64,000 nucleotides of DNA, from sequence record MT995927.1; one strand, 5' to 3'. The notes below the pieces were generated by a model that saw only the letters and a list, made by a program, of their open reading frames with translations, was not told the origin of the DNA and searched no databases. This document shows, piece after piece, positions 45,801 to 56,927 of the stretch (position 1 is its first letter; each line of letters begins with the position of its first letter). The position numbers were made by a program, and so were the translations under genes.

Positions 45801-46613
45801 ATGACTGAATCAACTACTTTTAGTTTTACCCCTAACCCACATCTAAAAAAAATATACGATGATTTTAAAAATAAATATCCTAGAAACAGTGTAATCTACG
45901 GTTGGATAAATACAGAAAATAATAAATGGGGAATTACCGGTAATACGAAATATAATTCAATTACAGGTACTGGTAATAATGTTCAATACATTAATCATCT
46001 AATTTCTAAACTATTAGAAGAAGAACAGCATTTTGAGAATACACGTATTGAAAGAGCATGGCTTAATTTAATTGAGTCATATGAAGACAGTTATAAAAGT
46101 GATGTATCACACTATACCAACCTACCATTAAAAGCCACCTTACCGATTGGTAAGCTCAATGTATTTCAAATCGGAAGAGCACACTCAGATGAACTAGGCA
46201 TGATTACACTAAAATCTGCCAATGTATCAGAAATTATTATTGAGTCTAAATCAGCTCTTGATGAAGCTCTTGATTCTATTGAATACATTATTCATGAGAA
46301 CATTAAAACTGATTTTAAAGTACTCATGCACGAATTTTATAAAAATGAACCGTATCGACCTGATTGGTTAAAAGAAAATGATACATGCAAATTTATCCAA
46401 TTAACCTTTAACATTGGTTCATCATTTGATTTAATTTACTATGGATGGAAGTGGGAAGGTGTAACCAGCAAAACAAGTGATCGAGATGTAGCCGATATGC
46501 TGTATTCTGGCATTATTATTAATACATCAAAATTAGTTAATGTTCCAGATAACGAACCGTTATTTGAACAATTAGTTAATGTATGTGAAGTATCAACTGC
46601 TAAAGTAAAATAA
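45801..46613 (+). CDS. Hypothetical early protein
   Basis: 270 aa; first gene after the promoter. Confidence 0.7.
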   Translation: MTESTTFSFTPNPHLKKIYDDFKNKYPRNSVIYGWINTENNKWGITGNTKYNSITGTGNNVQYINHLISKLLEEEQHFENTRIERAWLNLIESYEDSYKSDVSHYTNLPLKATLPIGKLNVFQIGRAHSDELGMITLKSANVSEIIIESKSALDEALDSIEYIIHENIKTDFKVLMHEFYKNEPYRPDWLKENDTCKFIQLTFNIGSSFDLIYYGWKWEGVTSKTSDRDVADMLYSGIIINTSKLVNVPDNEPLFEQLVNVCEVSTAKVK

Positions 46614-46650
46614 GCGTATTATTTTTAATAAACGAAGAGGTTAGAAAAAA

Positions 46651-47472
46651 ATGACTCAGTTTAACATCACTTGGGAAGAACAACTCCAATCGCTATCTAA
46701 GCTAGATGGTTTATGCCATCCACATAAATTAGAGGATATCTCTGTTCACTGGGTATTTAACCCAGTAGATGTTTCAGTTTTTGTTACATGTGCGACCATG
46801 AGTAGTCATAACACCCACTATACGTTTAAACCGCAATCAAGTCCAGATGATGCCATGGTTCGAGAATATGTGCTATCTCGCATTATTGCTGAGAATCTGA
46901 AATATGTTGATAATTTATATCTAGCAGCTGGTGCCGTTATTTGCAGTGATGACGAATACATTAGTGATGGTAATGTGATTGGAATTCATATCGCTGACGG
47001 TGTAGGAGGTAACAAGCTTATTCTACCAGTCATTGAATTTATGCCAGGTGTTCATGTTGATGATATCAGTGATGAACTAATTGAGTCATCATCTTATCAA
47101 GGTATTTTCAAAACAGATAACCTTGAAGAGTTTGAATTCCTTGTTGATAAGAAGAATGCGATTAATGTAAAAGAATTAATTCTAGCATATACTGATTATT
47201 TCGCTAATAAGCTGGCCTTTAAAGATCCAGCTGAGCCAGCTGTAGAAATGTATCAGTTTATTGATCGGACTGAAGTATATTTTAGTTTTGAAGGATGTCA
47301 TTCAGATGTTGAAGAAGTTCTATTTACTATTAAGATCACCCGTTATAATCAACCACTCAATTCAACCGCGATGCAAGTATTTTTGAAAAACCCGCTATTA
47401 CCGCACATCCGGACCATCGTGCGGCAGGCCAATCCGACGCAACGGCCGCGCGGTGTACTATTTAATTTTTGA
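46651..47472 (+). CDS. dip: Degradosome-interacting protein Dip (RNase E inhibitor, phiKZ gp37)
   Basis: Sequence recognised (MTQFNITWEEQLQ.LSKLDGLCHPHKLEDISVHWVF); two genes before phuZ. Confidence 0.85.
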   Translation: MTQFNITWEEQLQSLSKLDGLCHPHKLEDISVHWVFNPVDVSVFVTCATMSSHNTHYTFKPQSSPDDAMVREYVLSRIIAENLKYVDNLYLAAGAVICSDDEYISDGNVIGIHIADGVGGNKLILPVIEFMPGVHVDDISDELIESSSYQGIFKTDNLEEFEFLVDKKNAINVKELILAYTDYFANKLAFKDPAEPAVEMYQFIDRTEVYFSFEGCHSDVEEVLFTIKITRYNQPLNSTAMQVFLKNPLLPHIRTIVRQANPTQRPRGVLFNF

Positions 47473-47719
47473 GAAATTCATTACTTTAATAAACTGTATT
47501 TCTCTTATTTATCTCTTTTCTTCTAAAAAGAAAATTATATAAATAGTATATTATGTGGGGGGGACCCTTTGGGGGGGTCCCATATAATATTCCTTATTAT
47601 TAGAGAAGGGGTATAACCCATCCTTAGTTCGAGAATCTAATATTTTTAGTAATAAGGGATTGGCTATAAAAAGCCAATACCGTTTAATTTGAAAATAGAA
47701 AAATTGGAAAAAATGAAAA

Positions 47720-48232
47720 ATGACTGAACAGAAAGATTACACTCTAGTACGTACTCCACTAACTTATGATGAACTAAAGAAAGCATTTAAAGAAGATAAC
47801 ATTCATGCCTCTGATGTTCAACTAGATAGGTTAGTTAAGTTATCTGTAGAAGTATGTAGTGCTAAAGGTAATTACAACGTTCGACCTTTAGCTAACACAA
47901 AAGGTATGGTATTTGAATTCACCAACAAAGATGGTGAGATCATTGCATTAATTCCTTTTGATATTTCTAAAGAACGTAAAAATGCCAAAATCCCAAAAAC
48001 GAAATGGCTTACTGAACTTCTAAGTATCTACCGTTATAACGTCAGTAAGATTGAAGTTAAGAATGTACTAAACATGATTATTGATTGTGTTAAGTCCGGT
48101 GGCACTTGGCAAACTTATATGTGTCGAGATAAGCTTGCAATTGAATTTAAATCAGATATTGGTAAAGTGGTTAATGAATTAATTGTTCATCAAGAACGAA
48201 CTCATGAAGAGATCGTTACTTTTAAGCACTAA
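47720..48232 (+). CDS. Hypothetical protein
   Basis: 170 aa, upstream of phuZ. Confidence 0.7.
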   Translation: MTEQKDYTLVRTPLTYDELKKAFKEDNIHASDVQLDRLVKLSVEVCSAKGNYNVRPLANTKGMVFEFTNKDGEIIALIPFDISKERKNAKIPKTKWLTELLSIYRYNVSKIEVKNVLNMIIDCVKSGGTWQTYMCRDKLAIEFKSDIGKVVNELIVHQERTHEEIVTFKH

Positions 48233-48282
48233 TGCCATTTACAAGTTGGTATATGAATTTATATTAAACACAATGAGGTGTA

Positions 48283-49266
48283 ATGATGTCTAAAGTAAAA
48301 ACTCGAATTTACTTTTGTGGTGGTGCTGGTTTCCGTATTGGTGAACTATTCCATGGTTATCATGAGGATGTTTGCTACATTGATACCAGTGTACAGAATA
48401 AACACAAACACAATACTGACGATAATACGATCATTATTGAAGCGGATACCAAGCTAGCCGACCAGACTGCACGTAAACGTGCTATCGGCATGGGTAAAGA
48501 TCGTAAGGCAGCCGCAGAACTAATCTCTGCACATATTCCTGCCATTGCTCATCATTTCCCAGCAGGAGATACTAACATCGTAGTGTACTCAATGGGTGGT
48601 GCATCTGGTTCAACTATTGGCCCTTCTCTTGTTAGTCATCTACAACAACAAGGCGAAGTAGTTGTAAGTGTGGTCATTGGATCTTACGACAGTGATATTA
48701 GTCTTCGAAATAGCAGTGGTAGCCTTAAGACTTTTGAAGGGGTTTCCTCTGTTAGTAAAGTTCCGATGATTATTAACTATCATGAGAATGTTGAAGGTGT
48801 ACCGCAGTCAATGGTAAACCAAAACATTCTTGAAGTACTAAATGCACTAGTAATTCTATTTAATCAAGAACACCAAAGTCTTGATCTAATGGATATCACT
48901 AACTGGGCACACTTCCATAAACACCATGATGTACCTGTACAGACTGTGCAATTACACGTGTGTTTCGATCGTCAAGAAGCTCAGGCTATTCTGGATCCAA
49001 TTTCTATTGCTTCATTATACACTGATCCTGATCGTGACGTATCTATTAGTACAGTTCTAACTCGTACTACTGGTTATGCTGATCCTGAAAAATATGATTT
49101 CGATCAAATGCATTTTGTGATCAATGGTCTATCTATTGAAGATATTCGTAAACGATTAGAAGAACGTCGTGAAATGATGAATCGAGCCAAAGCTAATATG
49201 CGTAAGCGTCAGTCTACTTTAGATGTGGATGACCAAGCAACTAGTAGTGGTCTTGTATTCGATTAA
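48283..49266 (+). CDS. phuZ: Phage tubulin PhuZ/TubZ (phiKZ gp39)
   Basis: CGGAG, SMGGASGSTIG tubulin signature, LDLMD T7 loop and acidic C-tail ending GLVFD. Confidence 0.95.
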   Translation: MMSKVKTRIYFCGGAGFRIGELFHGYHEDVCYIDTSVQNKHKHNTDDNTIIIEADTKLADQTARKRAIGMGKDRKAAAELISAHIPAIAHHFPAGDTNIVVYSMGGASGSTIGPSLVSHLQQQGEVVVSVVIGSYDSDISLRNSSGSLKTFEGVSSVSKVPMIINYHENVEGVPQSMVNQNILEVLNALVILFNQEHQSLDLMDITNWAHFHKHHDVPVQTVQLHVCFDRQEAQAILDPISIASLYTDPDRDVSISTVLTRTTGYADPEKYDFDQMHFVINGLSIEDIRKRLEERREMMNRAKANMRKRQSTLDVDDQATSSGLVFD

Positions 49267-49271
49267 CTTAT

Positions 49272-49305
49272 AAAGGAGCCCTTCGGGGCTCCTTTTATTT
49301 TTTTT
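49272..49305 (+). terminator. phuZ terminator
   Basis: AAAGGAGCCC-TTCG-GGGCTCCTTT-TATTTTTTTT. Confidence 0.9.
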
Positions 49306-49320
49306 GTAACGAGGTGTAAT

Positions 49321-49803
49321 ATGAAACCAGTAAATACAGTTACTTATATTCCTTTGCAGGTAGCTGAATCATTCCATTCCCCTAGAAATATGATCTGTCT
49401 ACTGGAGAAAGGTAGAGTCCCTCTTTATTCAGCAAAACATCTTAATTATTTACGTATCAATGTTGACGATATTGAGGATTATATTGATTCTTCTTATGAT
49501 TTATTTGATCATCGCCATGCACAACGTATTATTTCTTTCTGTGAAGCTCTTGGTAAGGATCAACACCTATTCGTACACTGTGAGGCAGGTATTAGCCGAT
49601 CGGCTGCTGTAGCTAAGTTTCTGTGCGATAAAATGGGATTCATTCATGTACCGTACAATCCATCTTTATTTAATTTTGATGGTTACAATGGTCACATTTA
49701 TGGAGTTCTATGTAACGCTAAAGCAGGGAAGCTTTATTATGATGATAGAGCTGATGGTATTTTTATGGGTAAGGTAAATCAGAATTTTGCAGATATTAAA
49801 TAA
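49321..49803 (+). CDS. Cys-dependent (PTP/dual-specificity-like) phosphatase
   Basis: FVHCEAGISRSAAVA, an intact HCX5R(S) motif. Confidence 0.8.
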   Translation: MKPVNTVTYIPLQVAESFHSPRNMICLLEKGRVPLYSAKHLNYLRINVDDIEDYIDSSYDLFDHRHAQRIISFCEALGKDQHLFVHCEAGISRSAAVAKFLCDKMGFIHVPYNPSLFNFDGYNGHIYGVLCNAKAGKLYYDDRADGIFMGKVNQNFADIK

Positions 49804-49842
49804 CTAGCGATAATTAATAATCTGTATATTAGGAGATAACCG

Positions 49843-50316
49843 ATGGCAAAGAACACTGCTAAAAAGCTCGACGAGCAAATGGCAGCTGAACTTGATCTGA
49901 CGTTATCTCCGTTTACTATGGTTCTGAAACACGTAGTTCGTCTCCCCAACATAGTTGAGGGATTTATCTTTGTAATGGTTAAGGATGGAATTATTAGCTA
50001 TGACCGGGTAGACAAATGGGCTGAAGTAAACGGGATGCGTTTGCGAGTTCCTCGTTTCAAATCGCATTCGGTTATTGAGAAGCGGTTAAACGATAAGCTG
50101 TATAGACGTTGGTATGTTTGGGGGAATGGTATTTTATATCCATTGCAAACATCCAAGGTTGAAGATTTAAAAGATAACTTCTATTTCAAGATTGACAGTA
50201 ACCCCCACTGTTGTACCATCCACATTCCAAATATTGATGCAGATAGTATACGAAATAATACATTACCATTTTTCGAAAGAGTCCACCCTGGATGGGGTGT
50301 TATATTAACTGATTGA
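49843..50316 (+). CDS. Hypothetical protein
   Basis: 157 aa; AGGAG SD. Confidence 0.7.
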   Translation: MAKNTAKKLDEQMAAELDLTLSPFTMVLKHVVRLPNIVEGFIFVMVKDGIISYDRVDKWAEVNGMRLRVPRFKSHSVIEKRLNDKLYRRWYVWGNGILYPLQTSKVEDLKDNFYFKIDSNPHCCTIHIPNIDADSIRNNTLPFFERVHPGWGVILTD

Positions 50317-50645
50317 GATTTACGTATATGCTATTATTGATTGATTATCCTGAGGTTAAGGAACTGGCAGATTATGTAATGTCTGAATTTGAACAATATC
50401 CTAAATTAGTTAGTGGTTCTATTCTTACACTTGAGCACCACACTAAAGGATCATTTGATTTTATCTGGAGATATGACGGGTGTATTGATATTAGATATAA
50501 AAATCATATCTGTGGGACTATTACATTTATGGGTTCATATCCAACTTATTTAACTTATAAAAATGTTATTACCATTAATGTCCGAGATATGATTAGTTCA
50601 TTAACAGATATCGAGAAATCATTATGTCAACAGTTGCTCAGTTAA
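50313..50645 (+). CDS. Hypothetical protein
   Basis: 110 aa; TTG start overlapping the upstream stop. Confidence 0.55.
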   Translation: MRFTYMLLLIDYPEVKELADYVMSEFEQYPKLVSGSILTLEHHTKGSFDFIWRYDGCIDIRYKNHICGTITFMGSYPTYLTYKNVITINVRDMISSLTDIEKSLCQQLLS

Positions 50646-50911
50646 GTGTTTATGTAAAACAGTTTGTTCGTCTTAATCTTAAAGATGAAGATGTTATTTT
50701 AACTGATGGCGAGAAATGGAATATTTTTGTTTTAAATAAAAATAAACTATTGATTCGTGATAGTGATCGAATAGTGGTTACAACTATCGATTATGATTCA
50801 TTCGGTAAGATTATTAAGATTGATCATTCTGATTTTGTCAATAGCTCCATGGCAACCGATAAGGCGTATGAGGTATTGAAAACATATATAGCCCATCGCT
50901 ATGGGGTTTAA
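50624..50911 (+). CDS. Hypothetical protein
   Basis: 95 aa, collinear. Confidence 0.6.
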   Translation: MSTVAQLSVYVKQFVRLNLKDEDVILTDGEKWNIFVLNKNKLLIRDSDRIVVTTIDYDSFGKIIKIDHSDFVNSSMATDKAYEVLKTYIAHRYGV

Positions 50912-51206
50912 TAAATATTTAAATACATTTAAAGGCTATATTACAAACATGATAATAACCCATGTTAAAGGAATAATCATGAATAGCCTTGCATATAAAA
51001 CAACTGTTGTATTCGGTAAGACATATCGCGTAACAGGTAACAAAGCATTTATATCCATTCTAGATTCACGTGGTAATATTTGCTTTGAATTAAATATCGT
51101 TGAAAAGAAAGCATGCCAACCGTGTAATAACTTTAGACGGTATTGTTCAGGTATTGGTATTGCACCTGGTGACCTCATCAAAAAGATTCTCAATAGTGTT
51201 AATTGA
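50901..51206 (+). CDS. Hypothetical protein
   Basis: Start uncertain (possibly the ATG near 50979 after AAGGA). Confidence 0.55.
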   Translation: MGFNKYLNTFKGYITNMIITHVKGIIMNSLAYKTTVVFGKTYRVTGNKAFISILDSRGNICFELNIVEKKACQPCNNFRRYCSGIGIAPGDLIKKILNSVN

Positions 51207-51310
51207 TGATGGGTTATACCAGTATGTTTTTAAATATAGCGTTATCTAGATATTATCTTAATGGCATAAGCCCTCCCGTAATGGGAGGGCTTTATGTCTT
51301 TTTTTATTTT

Positions 51311-52120
<810 letters not shown>

Positions 52121-52205
52121 CTATAATGCGCTGTACGCGTTTTTTCGATGGAGATAATACCCAACTAAGGTATAATATACATCGGCTTACCACGAACAGA
52201 TTTGA

Positions 52206-52232
52206 CTAAAAATATTTTTAGATCTATATCAT
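52206..52232 (+). promoter_or_regulatory. Early-type promoter (class B)
   Basis: CTAAAAATATTTTTAGATC-TATATCAT. Confidence 0.65.
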
Positions 52233-52247
52233 GTTCCTGAACATTTA

Positions 52248-52676
52248 ATGAGAGATTGTACTGTGACTACTCCCCAAGTAGCTGACCTGTATGTAATAGA
52301 TGTAACGAGGGTGATAGCCAAGTTAGTACCAAGATCGCCAAAAGAGCTAATAAATGCGCGTTTAGCAATTAGGTGCCAAAGCTTTGGAATACATCCAGGT
52401 GACTATGGCGCATTAGAGCATATATTTAAATCAGTAGAGGACAGCTTAATTGATGACTTCTTTAAATACTCTATTGACTCTTTTGAATTCATGTATACTA
52501 CTGGATATAGCCCAATAAATAATACCCCTCAGGAAATCCAATGGTTTCATGATAATCATGAAGCCGCATCTGATCTTTGGGATATATTAAAAATTATACC
52601 TAGAGTAAATGCAGGTAAGTTTGTAATATTCTATCGATTAAAGAACACAGTTTGGATCGCCATTCCAAAAAATTAA
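52248..52676 (+). CDS. Hypothetical protein
   Basis: 142 aa, after the promoter. Confidence 0.65.
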   Translation: MRDCTVTTPQVADLYVIDVTRVIAKLVPRSPKELINARLAIRCQSFGIHPGDYGALEHIFKSVEDSLIDDFFKYSIDSFEFMYTTGYSPINNTPQEIQWFHDNHEAASDLWDILKIIPRVNAGKFVIFYRLKNTVWIAIPKN

Positions 52677-52689
52677 TTGGAGAAATATA

Positions 52690-53763
52690 ATGTCGAATAA
52701 GCTCATTGTACTTGATACACGCCACCAAGAAAAAGCAATATACGATTTACTAGGTCAGATGATAGCTTCAGCTTCAATTGATGAAGCAATTGGGGTGAAA
52801 TTGAGTAAAGATGTGGCTCAACAGTTTTTACATCTAATGGTTGAAAATATAGTAGAGAGTTTAGTTTCATATAAAACAGCCAAAAACCAGTATACCAATC
52901 TTAAGATGGCAGCAGCTATTTTTAATTGTGCTGTAACTGACGTAGATAGTAATAAAGCTACTTGGGTAGAAAATCTAATGAAACTACCTTATCTAGAAAC
53001 TATCTATCTAGATATCTATAAGCAAGTAGCAAAATATATCGATAGCGGTACATGGATTCAATGGGATGTAGTTAAAGCTGGTTCAGTGATAACTTTAATC
53101 AGTGGTAAAGATTATCGGATCGCGGAATATGATCGTGTCCATGGGATTGATAATGGTGATGATCATGCAGTGGTATCACTTAACCTATTGAACCCATTAA
53201 ACTATTTATTTAGTGAATTTCTCAGTACATTCTTCCATGGCTTTGATAAAACTAATTTACAAAGACTAGGTTATAGTATCTACGAATCTAGACGTAGAAC
53301 TCAGCTAACTCTTGCTAATGGCGGTAGCTATACTTTAAATAAAGACCACATCACTACTAACCATGCATATAACATCGCAGTAGAATATATTCAAGAACAG
53401 TTAACTGCATTACTTATTGGTGTAATTGTTAAACAATATAGTAATATTAAAGTATCTTATCTAATACCTAAGGTTAACCATGATTTCTTTGCAAGCTTAG
53501 GACTCGATAATTTATTGCTATTTGAAGAGAAATATATTAGCCCTCTAGTTAGTTCTATTAACATGGCATACTTTTCAACTAGGATTGAACATGATGTTAA
53601 GTATGAGCTAGAGTATCATAGCTATGTAATTTCTGTATACAAGAATAAGAATGCAACTTACCCTATTGAGAAATTAGTATTTGAATATCAACGTGGTGAT
53701 TATTTACCTGACGATCAGCGGGCGCAAGCTGAGCGATACATTTTAGAAAATAATCTATACTAA
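52690..53763 (+). CDS. Hypothetical protein
   Basis: 357 aa; GGAG SD. Confidence 0.75.
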   Translation: MSNKLIVLDTRHQEKAIYDLLGQMIASASIDEAIGVKLSKDVAQQFLHLMVENIVESLVSYKTAKNQYTNLKMAAAIFNCAVTDVDSNKATWVENLMKLPYLETIYLDIYKQVAKYIDSGTWIQWDVVKAGSVITLISGKDYRIAEYDRVHGIDNGDDHAVVSLNLLNPLNYLFSEFLSTFFHGFDKTNLQRLGYSIYESRRRTQLTLANGGSYTLNKDHITTNHAYNIAVEYIQEQLTALLIGVIVKQYSNIKVSYLIPKVNHDFFASLGLDNLLLFEEKYISPLVSSINMAYFSTRIEHDVKYELEYHSYVISVYKNKNATYPIEKLVFEYQRGDYLPDDQRAQAERYILENNLY

Positions 53764-53813
53764 ATAAAGCCCTCCTTATGGGGGGGCTTTATACCGATTA
53801 TAAGGTTTTTATA

Positions 53814-54203
53814 ATGAACATATCTAATGATAAAAACACATCAATGTGTATCAGAATGGAAGTAAGATCTTTTGTACAAGACCAACATTCTGATATTTGG
53901 AAGTCTATAAAAAATAGTATTGGTGTAGAATATGCATTAACAATTGTACTGGCAGCAGCATCTGAGAGAGCATCAGGTGGCACATCTAATGATGTCATAG
54001 AACTAATTAATCAGATGTTGGGTTATAGAGATATTTGTGATATTGATTTAACAAATTATCTGTATAATTGTTCTAACCGGGTAGTTCTACCATCAGTTGG
54101 TAACATCCAGTTAAATAGGGTTATTTATGATACTGAGAAACCAGAAGATCTATACGTCACCATTACCCACACCACAACCTCGTTTTTTACTAAGAGCGAC
54201 TAA
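53814..54203 (+). CDS. Hypothetical protein
   Basis: Start placed at the ATG 53814 because the track start lies inside a terminator. Confidence 0.65.
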   Translation: MNISNDKNTSMCIRMEVRSFVQDQHSDIWKSIKNSIGVEYALTIVLAAASERASGGTSNDVIELINQMLGYRDICDIDLTNYLYNCSNRVVLPSVGNIQLNRVIYDTEKPEDLYVTITHTTTSFFTKSD

Positions 54204-54579
54204 AAGTAAGCTTATTAAAGATGATAACTATCTAAGATTTGTATTAGACTTTTTAGATATTAGTTATATCGAAGCAATGCATTTGCTTGTCGCATTAGCA
54301 GAACAGAAGCTTATGCAAATGGTAGTTAAAGAAGAAATGTTCTATGAATATGCTAAAGACATTCATTTCATGCATAAACTAATAGAACTTCTTGACGAGG
54401 GTGCTGAGCAGATCATGCACCTCATTCCAACAAATACTAAGGAACTGTGGTATGAAACAGAAGCACGAGATGGATTGTACATCGGAGGAAGTACAACGTC
54501 TGGTATATGCATTGCCAATCGAAGTGGTATTCCCACAATTAATCACATTGATAAAGAAATTTACTTACCTAACAAATAA
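54127..54579 (+). CDS. Hypothetical protein
   Basis: 150 aa, overlaps both neighbours; start uncertain. Confidence 0.55.
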   Translation: MILRNQKIYTSPLPTPQPRFLLRATKSKLIKDDNYLRFVLDFLDISYIEAMHLLVALAEQKLMQMVVKEEMFYEYAKDIHFMHKLIELLDEGAEQIMHLIPTNTKELWYETEARDGLYIGGSTTSGICIANRSGIPTINHIDKEIYLPNK

Positions 54580-54910
54580 AGATGAAGCTACTGTCATCAC
54601 CTTATTAACTCAATGGGTTGTTAAGGTGATGTCTAAATTACAACAAGATAATACGGTTATTCCTTTTGTGGATATACCAATACAACTAGGAAATGGTCCA
54701 GATTGGGATGAGTTCATTAATTTGTTCTATACAACTGGAATCCAATTATTACATAGAACACCGAAGAATTTAATAGACTATAAGTTCATTAGAGTAATAG
54801 ATAATAAAGTTGTTCTATTAACTATAGTCACTGGTAAAGAGTGGAGTCAATATGCAATTGTTGCTAATTTTGAAACCGCGTTCTTTTACGGAAGAGCTAG
54901 GTGTAGATGA
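54392..54910 (+). CDS. Hypothetical protein
   Basis: True start probably internal (MKQKH or MDCTS). Confidence 0.6.
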   Translation: MTRVLSRSCTSFQQILRNCGMKQKHEMDCTSEEVQRLVYALPIEVVFPQLITLIKKFTYLTNKDEATVITLLTQWVVKVMSKLQQDNTVIPFVDIPIQLGNGPDWDEFINLFYTTGIQLLHRTPKNLIDYKFIRVIDNKVVLLTIVTGKEWSQYAIVANFETAFFYGRARCR

Positions 54911-55286
54911 ACCGACTGATTTTGTACTGTGGTGTATCAATAGACTTCTAGCAGCATATGTTGAATACTTTAACCATTGGCAGAGATTAGATTGGCCTAC
55001 CTTTTTAGAGCAATGGTTAGAAGATTACTTAAGCGATACCTATATAGAACCAGATAGGCCGGTAAGCATGATGGTATTTGATCATCAGGGAAATCCCAAT
55101 ACTATCAATTGGCACTTAAGATCTGCTGAAATTATCGAAAGGGTATTGGATTTATTTGGAACTGATTTCTTAGAGATAATCCAAAAACAAGTTATTCAAG
55201 CAGGTAATCTTATTACTAGTCTTAAATGTATAGAAGTAGATAAATATAAGATGGTAACTAAATTAGTTATGAGGTCTCAAACATGA
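54852..55286 (+). CDS. Hypothetical protein
   Basis: 144 aa; overlaps the upstream gene by 59 nt. Confidence 0.6.
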   Translation: MQLLLILKPRSFTEELGVDEPTDFVLWCINRLLAAYVEYFNHWQRLDWPTFLEQWLEDYLSDTYIEPDRPVSMMVFDHQGNPNTINWHLRSAEIIERVLDLFGTDFLEIIQKQVIQAGNLITSLKCIEVDKYKMVTKLVMRSQT

Positions 55287-55819
55287 TGCATCCACTTCTT
55301 TATAGACAACAAGAAATGCAGCGGATAAATGATGCTAATAACATAACTCCAGGCCAACAAGGAATGACGAGTTTCGTAGTTGTTAACATCAGTGATATCT
55401 GGCCCCTTGTTAATAAAATGGCTGATGTAGTTGTCAATAAGTCTTACAATACCCCTTACCCATATACTGAACACCAATCTATAGAACAGTTATGGTATCA
55501 GGCGATTAATGCATATATTGAATTTCTAGCACAACAGCCTACTCAACCAATTATAGGGGTTGACTATTATTTACAAGAATACTTTCCATCGGTAGCACCG
55601 GTGATTATGCAAGATAAATATGCATTGAGTGTTCTTAATATGTGGTTTGCGGCTGTGTGTAAAACATTGGCTAGTAAACTACAATCTGAAATAGCGCATC
55701 TCTATCAGAATGGATATGGTGTAGAAAGAATCCAATCAATCTCAGTTGATCAACATAATCAGGGTTATATCCTAGAAGGTGAAGACTTTGGTATGGACTG
55801 TTACAATGATGTTGATTAA
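55283..55819 (+). CDS. Hypothetical protein
   Basis: 178 aa; ATGA overlap; GAGG SD. Confidence 0.7.
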   Translation: MMHPLLYRQQEMQRINDANNITPGQQGMTSFVVVNISDIWPLVNKMADVVVNKSYNTPYPYTEHQSIEQLWYQAINAYIEFLAQQPTQPIIGVDYYLQEYFPSVAPVIMQDKYALSVLNMWFAAVCKTLASKLQSEIAHLYQNGYGVERIQSISVDQHNQGYILEGEDFGMDCYNDVD

Positions 55820-55891
55820 GTGACACATATTAACAATTGACGCAAATAGGAAAGCCTATCGGTTCACATAGGCTTCCTACTAGGAACCGAT

Positions 55892-56275
55892 ATGGAAAAA
55901 CGAGTATTTATCGTATTCAAATCTAAGGAATCAGAAGTATATTCGCAACATTTGCTTCGTGAATATACAAAACGAATGATATATCCAGATTGTCCAACAC
56001 CACTTGATTTATTTGAAGAATCACGTAAGTTAAGTTATATGGATACGCTTAATAATGACATATATATCCATATGCTGATGTATGGACATGACTCATTTGA
56101 TGATCCTGACGAAGATATTGAGTTAGAGAATTATTCTACTAAAGGATATGTTATTGAATATTGCACCGACTTTATCAATAGTTTTAAAGAAAAGTATCCA
56201 GATGGACATGTACTCATTACAGTACCAATGGATACGAAAGGTCTGTTTGGTGTAGTAGTATTACTAGATGAGTAA
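55892..56275 (+). CDS. Hypothetical protein
   Basis: 127 aa; AGGA SD. Confidence 0.65.
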   Translation: MEKRVFIVFKSKESEVYSQHLLREYTKRMIYPDCPTPLDLFEESRKLSYMDTLNNDIYIHMLMYGHDSFDDPDEDIELENYSTKGYVIEYCTDFINSFKEKYPDGHVLITVPMDTKGLFGVVVLLDE

Positions 56276-56300
56276 TACCCTATGTAACCAACTATTTTAG

Positions 56301-56726
<426 letters not shown>

Positions 56727-56927
56727 CTATAAAGGAGCCATAATGGCTCCTTTTATGTTGTTTTATTTTTACTTACTTACATCATCTAATGTGAATGTAA
56801 GTTGATGTGCTACCTCTCAATTTAGGGTACCCGTATAGGGTACCCATTCTTTCCTTTTCTTTTTTAGTTAAAAAGAGAGAAATCATTCACTATAATTAAA
56901 AAATAAGTATACTGAGAGATATGTGAA

